DNA of 64,000 nt from Acutalibacteraceae bacterium (lineage in GTDB: Bacteria > Bacillota > Clostridia > Oscillospirales > Acutalibacteraceae): assembly GCA_045544435.1 (NCBI GenBank), contig JAZPZA010000020.1:16698-80697 (forward strand), given 5' to 3'. Under the pieces are notes generated by a model, which saw only the letters and a list, made by a program, of their open reading frames with translations, ran no database searches and was not told the origin of the DNA. Within the stretch, counting starts at the first letter, position 1; every line of letters begins with the position of its first letter. Positions 1 through 8,103 of the stretch are shown here, piece by piece. A program made the translations under genes and the position numbers.

Positions 1-674
1 TCACACCTCAATTCATAACCGATACCACGCACCGCTTTGATCTCCGCCTTTGCGCCGACGAAACTCAGCTTTTTACGGGTAAAGGACATATATACTTCCA
101 CGTTATTGTATTCTGCTTCACTCTCAAAGCCCCAAATCTTAACCGCAAGCTGCTCACGGGTAAGGATCTGTCCCTGATTGGCAATGAGATATTCAAGGAT
201 GCGGTACTCCTTTTCACTCAGCCGCACACTTTGCCCATTAGTAGTACAGGATAGTGTGGATGTATTTGTATCAAGGCAAATGTCTCCGTAACAGAGTGTG
301 CCATCTGTTGTGTTTATATTACGCCTACCAAGGGCACGAAGGCGAGCCAGCAGTTCCTTGGTCATAAAAGGCTTTGTGAGGTAATCGTCCGCACCACTGT
401 CAAGACCGGTTACTTTGTCATCGAGTTCTGCCTTTGCCGTCAGCATTAGGATTGGTGTGCGTATTCCTTTCTGTCGTGCCTTCTTAGCAATCTCATATCC
501 ATTCATTCCAGGGAGCATAACATCAAGGATGATAATGTCGTATATATCGCTCTCGATGGCTGCTAAACCGTCAAGCCCGTTAGCGTAATGATCTACTTCA
601 TATTTTTCCTGACGCAGTATTTCGCACAAAGCCTGCGCCATTCTTTTTTCATCTTCCACAAGCAAAAGTCGCAT
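1..674 (-). CDS. OmpR/PhoB-family response regulator (3' end cut by the window edge)
   Basis: Absent from the ORF track because it is truncated. ATG at 674 with a GGAGG SD at 682-686. The translation reads MRLLLVEDEKRMAQAL...DIIILDVMLPGMNGYEI...LTAKAELDDKVTGLDSGADDYLTKPF (receiver domain), then ...LSEKEYRILEYL...AVRGIGYEL (winged helix). Confidence 0.85.
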   Translation of the reverse strand, partial: MRLLLVEDEKRMAQALCEILRQEKYEVDHYANGLDGLAAIESDIYDIIILDVMLPGMNGYEIAKKARQKGIRTPILMLTAKAELDDKVTGLDSGADDYLTKPFMTKELLARLRALGRRNINTTDGTLCYGDICLDTNTSTLSCTTNGQSVRLSEKEYRILEYLIANQGQILTREQLAVKIWGFESEAEYNNVEVYMSFTRKKLSFVGAKAEIKAVRGIGYELRC

Positions 675-740
675 ATCGACACCTCCACTTATATACCATT
701 ATACCATAAAAGATTGAAAAATGATTGAAGAAATTGAAAA

Positions 741-772
741 GGCGGCAGAGAGAAATTAATCTCCCTGCCGCC
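741..772 (-). terminator. Rho-independent terminator after the XRE gene
   Basis: Hairpin ggcggcagagag..ctccctgccgcc, followed on the minus strand by a T-rich tract. It lies 22 nt downstream of the stop at 794. Confidence 0.6.
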
Positions 773-793
773 ACTATCGTTTAAACATTATGA

Positions 794-1777
794 TTAATCT
801 TTTTCGTATTTATCCAAGCACAAATTACATACAAGTTCTACACCTGCAAACAAAACACCCGCAACCGGCCATACAACCCAAGTAATATGCCAATCGTTTG
901 TTATAAAGTTCCAACATAGATAAATGGCTGTTGCCAAAAGCCAGTAAACTGTACCAACAGTTTCGCTAATTTTGTTTTTTCGTTTTCCTTTATTGGAAAA
1001 TTCACCCTCTTTAAGTAGCTTTTGCATACTTGCCCATCGCACTCCCGCAACGATGAAAAACATCGCACCGATTCCAGCGATTAGCATTGTAACACAAAGC
1101 AAAATCACGGTAAGTAATTCATTCTCTGTAAATGCTCCACATAGGAGAGGAACGGGCGATAACACACAGGTGCAAGCACCAATGTAGTTGTATTTCACGT
1201 AAGTACTCCGATATGCTTTCTGTCTATCTCTTGCAAGTCCGGTAACACCATATTCTGTTTCAAACGGTTCTTTTTCAAGAAATTCGTAGGGTGCATTTTT
1301 GAATCCAACACGAATAAACATAATTACAGCAATCGCTACGATCGGAAAAATTGCGACAACACCAATTCCGACTGCCGCATTCTCAGATATAGGTAATGAG
1401 GTTAGTTCGCTTGCAGCACCCAAAAGCAAAAGAGGAATTACGGATAGAATGCATAAGAATGTCGCAACAGCTATCTTGACCGAAGCCTTCTTCCTTTGTT
1501 CTATATAGTTGTTAGCTTCTGCAAGAGTAACCTTTCTGACTGGTACTTCATCAATGCCTTCCGTAAATTCTTCATCTTCAATTTCATCCTTCAGCAAATA
1601 ATCCGTTGTCACTCCAAACAAGTTTCCGAGTTGCAGGATCTTCTCTAAATCTGGTGTGGTCTGTGCCGCCTCCCATTTGGATACTGCTTGACGGGACACA
1701 TTCATTTTCTCAGCAAGTTCCTCTTGCGACCATCCATTCTTTTTTCTAAGTCTGATTATTTTATCAGCTAAAATCAT
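794..1777 (-). CDS. XRE-family HTH regulator fused to a multi-pass membrane domain
   Basis: Start moved to ATG 1777 (GGAGG SD at 1783-1792). N-terminus MILADKIIRLRKKNGWSQEELAEKMNVSRQAVSKWEAAQTTPDLEKILQLGNLFGVTTDYLL is a classic XRE HTH. The rest contains several long hydrophobic segments. Confidence 0.75.
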   Translation of the reverse strand: MILADKIIRLRKKNGWSQEELAEKMNVSRQAVSKWEAAQTTPDLEKILQLGNLFGVTTDYLLKDEIEDEEFTEGIDEVPVRKVTLAEANNYIEQRKKASVKIAVATFLCILSVIPLLLLGAASELTSLPISENAAVGIGVVAIFPIVAIAVIMFIRVGFKNAPYEFLEKEPFETEYGVTGLARDRQKAYRSTYVKYNYIGACTCVLSPVPLLCGAFTENELLTVILLCVTMLIAGIGAMFFIVAGVRWASMQKLLKEGEFSNKGKRKNKISETVGTVYWLLATAIYLCWNFITNDWHITWVVWPVAGVLFAGVELVCNLCLDKYEKD

Positions 1778-1958
1778 CTTTCTATACCTCCACTTGATAA
1801 TACAGGTAGCGTATCGCCATCTGATGAACCAAGTATAACTTTTTTGTGAGTTGCATACCACCAAACGATGACTTGAATTTCGTCAACCGACGGTTGCATT
1901 GCGTAATTTTTATCTATTATATCATAAAAATACAACTTTTTCTACCAACATAGAAAAT

Positions 1959-1990
1959 GGCGGCAGAGAGAAGTTAATCTCCCTGCCGCC
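1959..1990 (-). terminator. Rho-independent terminator after tnpV; near-identical copy of 741-772
   Basis: Matches the 741-772 hairpin at 31 of 32 nt. It lies 9 nt downstream of the stop at 1999 and has a T-rich tail on the minus strand. Confidence 0.6.
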
Positions 1991-1998
1991 GTTTTCGG

Positions 1999-2382
1999 TT
2001 AGTTGTAAATTATGTCGTGATTTACGATTTCTGTGGCTCTGCTGCGGATGTTATTCATCCGAGCAACCCACTCCATTTGATTGTCTGCTTTGAGTTTTTC
2101 AGTTACACCCTCACGCTCTGCCATTTGTTTTACAAGCCGAGAAAACATATCCTCTGCCTGCTTGGCGATGTCTGCAAGGTATCCGTTTAGCTTGCCGCTT
2201 GTCAGCAGATTAAGATATAGCACCTTGCGGTGTTGCTTGATATATCGTAAGTGCCGCTGTCCCCATACACCGATAGGCTGTTGTTCTTCCTCCGGTAACT
2301 TTAAGCAGGGGATGTAATAATCACCTTGAAGTTCATACCAAAGACCATTCTTTTCATCATAAATAACCTTTTCCATAATCAC
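1999..2382 (-). CDS. tnpV: TnpV-like transposon-associated protein
   Basis: The sequence MEKVIYDEKNGLWYELQGDYYIPCLKLPEEE...GVWGQRHLRYIKQHRKVLYLNLLTSGKLNGYLADI matches my memory of the TnpV family of Tn4451-like clostridial elements. Confidence 0.7.
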   Translation of the reverse strand: MIMEKVIYDEKNGLWYELQGDYYIPCLKLPEEEQQPIGVWGQRHLRYIKQHRKVLYLNLLTSGKLNGYLADIAKQAEDMFSRLVKQMAEREGVTEKLKADNQMEWVARMNNIRSRATEIVNHDIIYN

Positions 2383-2573
2383 GCCTCCTTGTAAATCACT
2401 TTGAATTTCTTTTGCTTTGCATCAATGATTTTCAGCAGAACCTCATCCACCGCATCGGTGTACTTGCCTTTGGCAATAAGGTTGTTTCGCATTTCGTTCA
2501 GACAGTTTACAACCACTCTGCGCTCAAAATCATCCAGTGCTATGTAATACTTCTTATCACGCATATCGGTCAC
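2379..2573 (-). CDS. Small hypothetical protein of the mobile-element module
   Basis: 64-aa ORF whose ends overlap both neighbours by 4 nt, which suggests translational coupling. No motif recognised. Confidence 0.55.
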   Translation of the reverse strand: MTDMRDKKYYIALDDFERRVVVNCLNEMRNNLIAKGKYTDAVDEVLLKIIDAKQKKFKVIYKEA

Positions 2574-2869
2574 TCCTTCAGCAAGTCTTGAAATGGGGTG
2601 TCTGTGGCAACAAAGGTGTCATATGTAAAGTTTGCTCCTAACCGAAACCCCATCATAAAACTGTCGAGATTGGATTCGCCGTTTACCACGCTCCACGCAT
2701 TTACAAAGTCCAGAAATTTCTTCTTGTTCTCACCGGAAATTGCTTCGGTCAGAAATTCCTCGTTTAACATTAGCACTTCCATTTGCTTCTGCACTGCTTT
2801 GTTCTGCTTGGTGCTTCGTGCCTGCGGATCAATGTTGCCATAATAAAATTCTTCTATGAATTTACCCAT
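2570..2869 (-). CDS. Hypothetical protein of the mobile-element module
   Basis: 99-aa ORF with a GGAGG SD upstream (2873-2880 region). It is first in a three-gene overlapping set with 2379-2573 and tnpV. Confidence 0.6.
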   Translation of the reverse strand: MGKFIEEFYYGNIDPQARSTKQNKAVQKQMEVLMLNEEFLTEAISGENKKKFLDFVNAWSVVNGESNLDSFMMGFRLGANFTYDTFVATDTPFQDLLKE

Positions 2870-2941
2870 ATTGTTACCTCCTTTGATTTTCTACCATAAT
2901 TGTACTCAAAGGCGGTTTAATAGTCGAATGTACCGCATAAA

Positions 2942-2998
2942 ACAAAAAAAGGGCAAGAAAAAAGAGAGAAGCCGAAACTTCTCTCAATTCTCTTGCCC
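2942..2998 (-). terminator. Strong nested-hairpin terminator ending the Na/Pi-oadB-oadG unit
   Basis: gggcaagaaaaaagagagaagccgaaacttctctcaattctcttgccc, followed on the minus strand by a T run (plus-strand A run at 2942-2950). Confidence 0.65.
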
Positions 2999-3072
2999 TT
3001 CGCAATGCTCAGCGTTCCTATAAAACATAACTGTCCTTAGCAACCCTGCTCATTTATCTTCAGGATTTTATT

Positions 3073-3201
3073 TTATTTCTTTATAAACTTGGTAAAGAGG
3101 AAAACTATGATAGCAATTACTGCCATTACTATAAATATACCAAGCATTCCCTGCCACATTAATTTAATGGCAGAACTTAAGTTATACATATCTATATTCA
3201 T
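3073..3201 (-). CDS. OadG-like small membrane subunit (42 aa)
   Basis: Below the ORF-track length cut-off. Translation is MNIDMYNLSSAIKLMWQGMLGIFIVMAVIAIIVFLFTKFIKK. It has a single TM and starts 13 nt after the beta-subunit stop, with GGAGGAAAAG upstream. Confidence 0.5.
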   Translation of the reverse strand: MNIDMYNLSSAIKLMWQGMLGIFIVMAVIAIIVFLFTKFIKK

Positions 3202-3213
3202 CACTTTTCCTCC

Positions 3214-4353
3214 TTATTTCATCATTTGTGGGATAAGGTTTAATATCATACCGCCCGCAAGAACGGATGCTATCTGGCCTGAAACATTTGCGCCTACCGC
3301 GTGCATAAGAAGGTGGTTTTGATTATCAGCCTCAAGACCTAACTTCTGAATAACACGGGCGGACATTGGGAATGCAGAGATACCTGCCGCACCTACCATA
3401 GGATTTATCTTGTTCTTGCTGAAAATGTTTATAAGCTTAGCGAGCATTACTCCTGCAATAGAATCGAACACGAAAGCAACAAGACCTAAGAGCATAATAA
3501 TGAGTGTATCAAGTCTTACAAATTCCTCAGCTACCATACTAAATGAAATGGTGATACCCAAAAGCAGTGTTACAAGGTTTGCAAGAACATTTTGTGCAGT
3601 TTCTGAAAGCGAACCTAAAATACCGCATTCGCGAAGCAGATTGCCAAACATAAGGAAACCTACCAAAGCTACAGAGGTGGGGGCGATAAAGCCTGCGATT
3701 ACTGTAACGATTATTGGGAAGCAAATCTTTAAAAGCTTGGATACATTTTTGGGGTTATAGGGCATCCTTATCATTCGTTCCTTCTTGGTGGTTACTGCCT
3801 TAATTGCAAGTGGCTGAATGATAGGAACTAATGCCATATATGAATACGCTGCAACTGCGATAGCACCTACATATTTCGAATCAAGCACCTGAGACACAAG
3901 TATCGAGGTGGGGCCATCTGCCGCGCCGATTATACCGATAGATGCCGCATCCTTAAGGTCGAAGCCCAACAGCACCGCAAGAACTACAACAAAGAATATA
4001 CCAAACTGCGCACCTGCGCCAAACAAGAACATCTTGGGATTTGAGAGCAAGGGTCCAAAATCTATCATAGCGCCGATACCGATAAACAGAAGCAGCGGCA
4101 TCGCCTCAGACGCTTCAATACCAATTTCAAAAAGCCATTGGATAATACCCTTAACTTCACCTATTCCCTCTATTTCCTGATTAAGAACACCGGAAAAGGG
4201 CAGATTTACAAGTATTGCGCCAAAGCCCATAGGCAAAAGCAGAGCAGGCTCATACTTCTTAGCTATCGCAAGATAGATGAGCAACACACCCACAGCATAC
4301 ATTATAAGTTGTTTCCATGTTACGGCTAAAAAGCCTTCAAGTAAGAACTCCAT
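3214..4353 (-). CDS. Sodium-ion-translocating decarboxylase beta subunit (OadB/GcdB/MmdB family)
   Basis: 379-aa polytopic protein. The N-terminus ...YLAIAKKYEPALLLPMGFGAILVNLP... and ...IGIIGAADGPTS... are characteristic of the family. Confidence 0.85.
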   Translation of the reverse strand: MEFLLEGFLAVTWKQLIMYAVGVLLIYLAIAKKYEPALLLPMGFGAILVNLPFSGVLNQEIEGIGEVKGIIQWLFEIGIEASEAMPLLLFIGIGAMIDFGPLLSNPKMFLFGAGAQFGIFFVVVLAVLLGFDLKDAASIGIIGAADGPTSILVSQVLDSKYVGAIAVAAYSYMALVPIIQPLAIKAVTTKKERMIRMPYNPKNVSKLLKICFPIIVTVIAGFIAPTSVALVGFLMFGNLLRECGILGSLSETAQNVLANLVTLLLGITISFSMVAEEFVRLDTLIIMLLGLVAFVFDSIAGVMLAKLINIFSKNKINPMVGAAGISAFPMSARVIQKLGLEADNQNHLLMHAVGANVSGQIASVLAGGMILNLIPQMMK

Positions 4354-4363
4354 AACATACCTC

Positions 4364-6106
4364 TTAATTTAAATATTTTCTTTCAAAAACGGCGTATTGG
4401 CTTTCAAAGAAAGGATCGCCTTTTTTCATTGCGCGCAGAGCCTCATGACCATTCATATTGTTGTTTGCCGCATCAATAACTCCAACTGCTATGTTAGAGC
4501 AGTGGTCGGAGGTTCTTTCAAGGTCGGTGATAAGGTCTGCCCAGATAAAGCCTGACTCTATTGTGCATTCGCCCGATTTAAGCCTTTTTACATGACCGTT
4601 GCGCGCCTTGACAATAAGTGAGTCAATAACCTGCTCAAGCGGTTCTACACACTTAGCCGCCTCAAAATCGTTATTAACAAAAGAATCAAGTGTGAGGTTA
4701 ACTATTTCGCAAACAGCTTCTGAAAGACTCTTCATTTCTACAGCAGCCGAATCGGTAAAATCAATATTCTTTTCCTTTAATTCCTCTGCCGATTCAAGTA
4801 TATTTACGCTGTGGTCGGTAATTCTTTCAAAATCACCGATTGCCTTGAGTATCTTTGAAATTTCTGCGCTCTCGCTATCGCTTATATGCTGACCGCTCAG
4901 CTTTACAAGATAGGTTCCAAGACTATCTTCATATCGGTCTGCCCTCTCCTCAAGACTTCTTATTTGCTCAGCAAGGTCTGCACTATAGGAATTAAGAGCG
5001 AGTATGCTGTTTTTAATAGCTAACGCTGAATCCTGCGCCATTTCACAGGCTATTGCGCTTGCGCGGTCAAGAGCGACGGAGGGGGTTACAAGCAAACGCT
5101 CATCTAACTGCTCAAACTTCTCTTTCTTATCATCATCAGGAATAATCCTAACCACAAGTCTTTCAAGAAGACCTGACATAGGAAGAAGTAATATTGTGCA
5201 AAGAATATTAAATACCGAGTGCGCAACCGCTATACTCATATGATTTGCAGCCATATTAAGAATGGCGGGCTTAAATACAGCTGAAATAATACTAAATATT
5301 ACAAGGCATACAACTGTGCCGATAACATTAAAGGAAAGGTGCACTGCCGCCGCGCGCTTAGCGTTTTTGTTAGCACCTATAGAGGAAAGCATAGCGGTAA
5401 CACAGGTGCCTATATTCTGTCCCATAATAATCGGAATTGCAGCGCCCATTGACACAGCGCCCGTTGAAGAAAGCGCCTGCAAAATACCGACAGATGCCGA
5501 GCTTGACTGAATAATACCCGTGAGAACTGCACCCACAAGAACACCTAAAATCGGGTTTTTAAAAAGTAAAAACATTTGCTGGAAGGCAGGAACATCAGCA
5601 AGGCCTGAAACGGCATCAGACATTGTATCCATACCAAACATAAGCACAGCAAAGCCTAAAAGTATTGTGCCTGTATCCTTTTTCTTACTGCTTTTGCCGA
5701 ACATAGTCATTGCTATACCGATTAAAGCAAGAATAGGTGTAAAGGAGGTAGGCTTTAAAAGCTTAATGAAAATGTTATCGCCCGAAATGCCGCCAAGGCT
5801 TAAAATCCAAGCGGTAACCGTGGTGCCCACATTAGCACCCATAATAACATTGATTGCCTGACGGAGTGTCATTATACCCGAGTTTACAAAGCCCACCACC
5901 ATAACGGTAGTAGCAGAAGAGCTTTGAATTACCGAGGTAACACCGAGACCTGTTAAAAAGCCTGCCGCCTTGTTATTTGTAAGACGACCGAGCAAACTGC
6001 GAAGACCGCTGCCCGCGCGGCGCTCAAGCGATTCGCCCATTACATTCATACCGAACAAAAACAGACAAAGTCCACCGATAAGTGTTAATGCATCAAAAAT
6101 TGTCAT
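4364..6106 (-). CDS. Na/Pi cotransporter family protein with C-terminal PhoU-like domain
   Basis: 580 aa. Membrane half: LFLFGMNVMGESLERRAGSGLRSLL...SSSATTVMVVGFVNSG, with a duplicated ..QSSSASVGILQAL.. motif. The C-terminal half is a soluble helical PhoU-like repeat. Confidence 0.85.
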   Translation of the reverse strand: MTIFDALTLIGGLCLFLFGMNVMGESLERRAGSGLRSLLGRLTNNKAAGFLTGLGVTSVIQSSSATTVMVVGFVNSGIMTLRQAINVIMGANVGTTVTAWILSLGGISGDNIFIKLLKPTSFTPILALIGIAMTMFGKSSKKKDTGTILLGFAVLMFGMDTMSDAVSGLADVPAFQQMFLLFKNPILGVLVGAVLTGIIQSSSASVGILQALSSTGAVSMGAAIPIIMGQNIGTCVTAMLSSIGANKNAKRAAAVHLSFNVIGTVVCLVIFSIISAVFKPAILNMAANHMSIAVAHSVFNILCTILLLPMSGLLERLVVRIIPDDDKKEKFEQLDERLLVTPSVALDRASAIACEMAQDSALAIKNSILALNSYSADLAEQIRSLEERADRYEDSLGTYLVKLSGQHISDSESAEISKILKAIGDFERITDHSVNILESAEELKEKNIDFTDSAAVEMKSLSEAVCEIVNLTLDSFVNNDFEAAKCVEPLEQVIDSLIVKARNGHVKRLKSGECTIESGFIWADLITDLERTSDHCSNIAVGVIDAANNNMNGHEALRAMKKGDPFFESQYAVFERKYLN

Positions 6107-6241
6107 TCTTTCACCTCATATTTTTAAACTAACTTCTTTATATGTATTTTTTCACATTTCAGGGTTGCAAATTCAAATTTGCAACCACTATGTGTAACTT
6201 TAGCATAAATTTGGTAAAGAAACAGCAAAGATTAGCTAAGG

Positions 6242-6943
6242 CTATTCACCGTCATAATCCATTCGGTAGCCGACTCCCAGCTCATTGATGATATAGTTTT
6301 TCTCACCAGGTATAGCACCGAATTTTTTACGGATATTTGCCATATTAACCTGAAGCTTTTTAGTGCTTCCCTCATCTGGATAACCCCAAATTGCCTTTAT
6401 TATGGCAGAATAGGTCATAACCTTGCCGCAATGCTCGGATAGAAAGGCAACTATATTATACTCGGTTTGAGTGAGCTTTATTTCCTTGCCCTTAATAAAA
6501 ATTCTGCGAGCACCGTAATCTATAACCAACTGCTTTAGAGTGAATTTTCCGTTTAATGCGTTGTCGCCGCTTTGACGGTTATTTCTAAGCGCGGCACGCA
6601 CGCGAGCGAGCAGCTCTGCCGAGCCAAAGGGCTTTGTTATATAGTCGTTTGCGCCTATATCCAGCGCCGCAACCTTTTCACTTTCCTCACTGCGCGCCGA
6701 AAGAATTATTACAGGCACTGCTGAGCTTTCTCTTACAAAAGTAATCAACTGCGAGCCATCGGCATCGGGCAGACCTAAATCAAGTATTATAAGGTCGGGA
6801 ATATATGAGGAATACATCGTTTTAGCAGTTGCAAAATCCTCCGCCACAATCACCTTATAGCCTTCATTCTCCAAAAGCGCGCCAACAAGCATTCTTATGT
6901 TTTCTTCATCCTCAACTACAAGTACCTTATATTTATTGTTCAT
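6242..6943 (-). CDS. OmpR-family response regulator, KdpE-like
   Basis: Start moved to ATG 6943 (GAGGAG SD). Reads MNNKYKVLVVEDEENIRMLV...DLIILDLGLPDADG...ILSARSEESEKVAALDIGANDYITKPF, followed by a winged helix. Confidence 0.85.
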   Translation of the reverse strand: MNNKYKVLVVEDEENIRMLVGALLENEGYKVIVAEDFATAKTMYSSYIPDLIILDLGLPDADGSQLITFVRESSAVPVIILSARSEESEKVAALDIGANDYITKPFGSAELLARVRAALRNNRQSGDNALNGKFTLKQLVIDYGARRIFIKGKEIKLTQTEYNIVAFLSEHCGKVMTYSAIIKAIWGYPDEGSTKKLQVNMANIRKKFGAIPGEKNYIINELGVGYRMDYDGE

Positions 6944-7994
6944 TTTCAAGCTCCTCGGTTTCAAGAGTAAAACGGAAGATAGCGCCTCCCGATTTAATAT
7001 TTTCTGCCGTTATATCGCCGCCGTGCGCCTTTATTATGGAAGAGCATACGGAAAGGCCAATACCAGCGTTGCGCTTCTTGCTGTCGGCAAGGCGACCGCG
7101 CTGCTCATAAAGCCCGTTAAATATCGTTTTTAACCGCTCAGGCTTTATTCCGCAGCCGTTATCACTTATTTCAAATATCGCCTGTCTGCCAAGGGTAAAA
7201 ACACGCAGGCGAAGGCGTGTCATACCCAAAGCGTGCTGAACGGCATTTTCAAGCATATTCACTATAACCTGTTGGATAAGTATGGCATCTACAGGGATTA
7301 TTACAATATCATCCGGTATATCTATTTCAACCTTTTGGTTAGGATAGCGCTTTTTAAATCCAACTATTACCGAATCGATAAGCTCCTCTAAAACTGTAGG
7401 TGTTTTTATAAGCTTAACGCTTCCGCTGTCAATTCGTGTTACGGAAAGTAGATTCTCAACTATTCTTACAAGCCATTGCGAATCCTGACAAATGCCCTCA
7501 AGCATTTTCTGCTGCTGCTCTTGAGTTAATGTATCCCTGTTTTCAAGCAGCGCCGAGCTTGAGCCATAGATGGTAGTAAGCGGTGTGCGAAGGTCGTGTG
7601 ATACCGAGCGCAAAAGATTTGCGCGCATGCGCTCGTTTTCGCTCTCTGCTCTTATTATATCGTGCCTTCTTACTCTGGTTATGAGCGCACTTGTAAGCAC
7701 TGAAATAGCAATCATAACAACGGCTGAAATTATATTCGCAGGAAGTGATAGGCTGAACTGAAAAAACGGAAAGGTAAAAGCATAATTCACCGCAACACAA
7801 GAAATAACTGCGGAAATTATGCCGTAAAAATAACCTTCAGTTAAGATTGAAATTACAAATACCGCAAACACAAATAGTGTTGTTATGAGCTCGCTTATAT
7901 TGGCTTTGTGCATAACAAGACATAGTGCAAAGCTGATAGCCAGCATCATAGCGGTTATAATCGAATTTTTAATAATACCGTTAAGTTTTCTCAT
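6933..7994 (-). CDS. Sensor histidine kinase, KdpD C-terminal-core type (membrane domain + HisKA + HATPase)
   Basis: Four N-terminal TM segments, an H-box SVSHDLRTPLTTI, an N-box NMLENAVQH and a G-box GIGLSVC. It overlaps the regulator gene by 11 nt. Confidence 0.85.
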   Translation of the reverse strand: MRKLNGIIKNSIITAMMLAISFALCLVMHKANISELITTLFVFAVFVISILTEGYFYGIISAVISCVAVNYAFTFPFFQFSLSLPANIISAVVMIAISVLTSALITRVRRHDIIRAESENERMRANLLRSVSHDLRTPLTTIYGSSSALLENRDTLTQEQQQKMLEGICQDSQWLVRIVENLLSVTRIDSGSVKLIKTPTVLEELIDSVIVGFKKRYPNQKVEIDIPDDIVIIPVDAILIQQVIVNMLENAVQHALGMTRLRLRVFTLGRQAIFEISDNGCGIKPERLKTIFNGLYEQRGRLADSKKRNAGIGLSVCSSIIKAHGGDITAENIKSGGAIFRFTLETEELENEQ

Positions 7995-8066
7995 AAAAAC
8001 ACCTCGCTGTACCCCTATATATTAACATATACAAAGTTAAGATACAGTAAATTTTTTCAAAAAAAC

Positions 8067-8098
8067 ACACCGAACCGATTAAAAAATCGATTCGGTGT
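8067..8098 (-). terminator. Terminator after the AI-2E transporter gene
   Basis: Hairpin acaccgaaccgatt/aatcgattcggtgt with a T run on the minus strand. It lies just below the stop at 8104. Confidence 0.7.
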
Positions 8099-8103
8099 AA
8101 TTT

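Larger units (their letters stand above)
1..2900. mobile_element. Terminal part of an integrated clostridial mobile element (TnpV-type module); the rest lies left of the window
   Basis: Contains a TnpV-like ORF, two small overlapping ORFs typical of such modules, an XRE regulator and a two-component regulator, all on the minus strand. It is visibly AT-richer than the neighbouring core genes (not computed). The right limit is only approximate. Confidence 0.5.

Noticed and set aside
3089-3322. 77-aa plus-strand ORF
   Set aside because: It is antisense to the OadG-like mini-gene and the end of the beta-subunit gene. The minus-strand reading has an SD and a family-like sequence.
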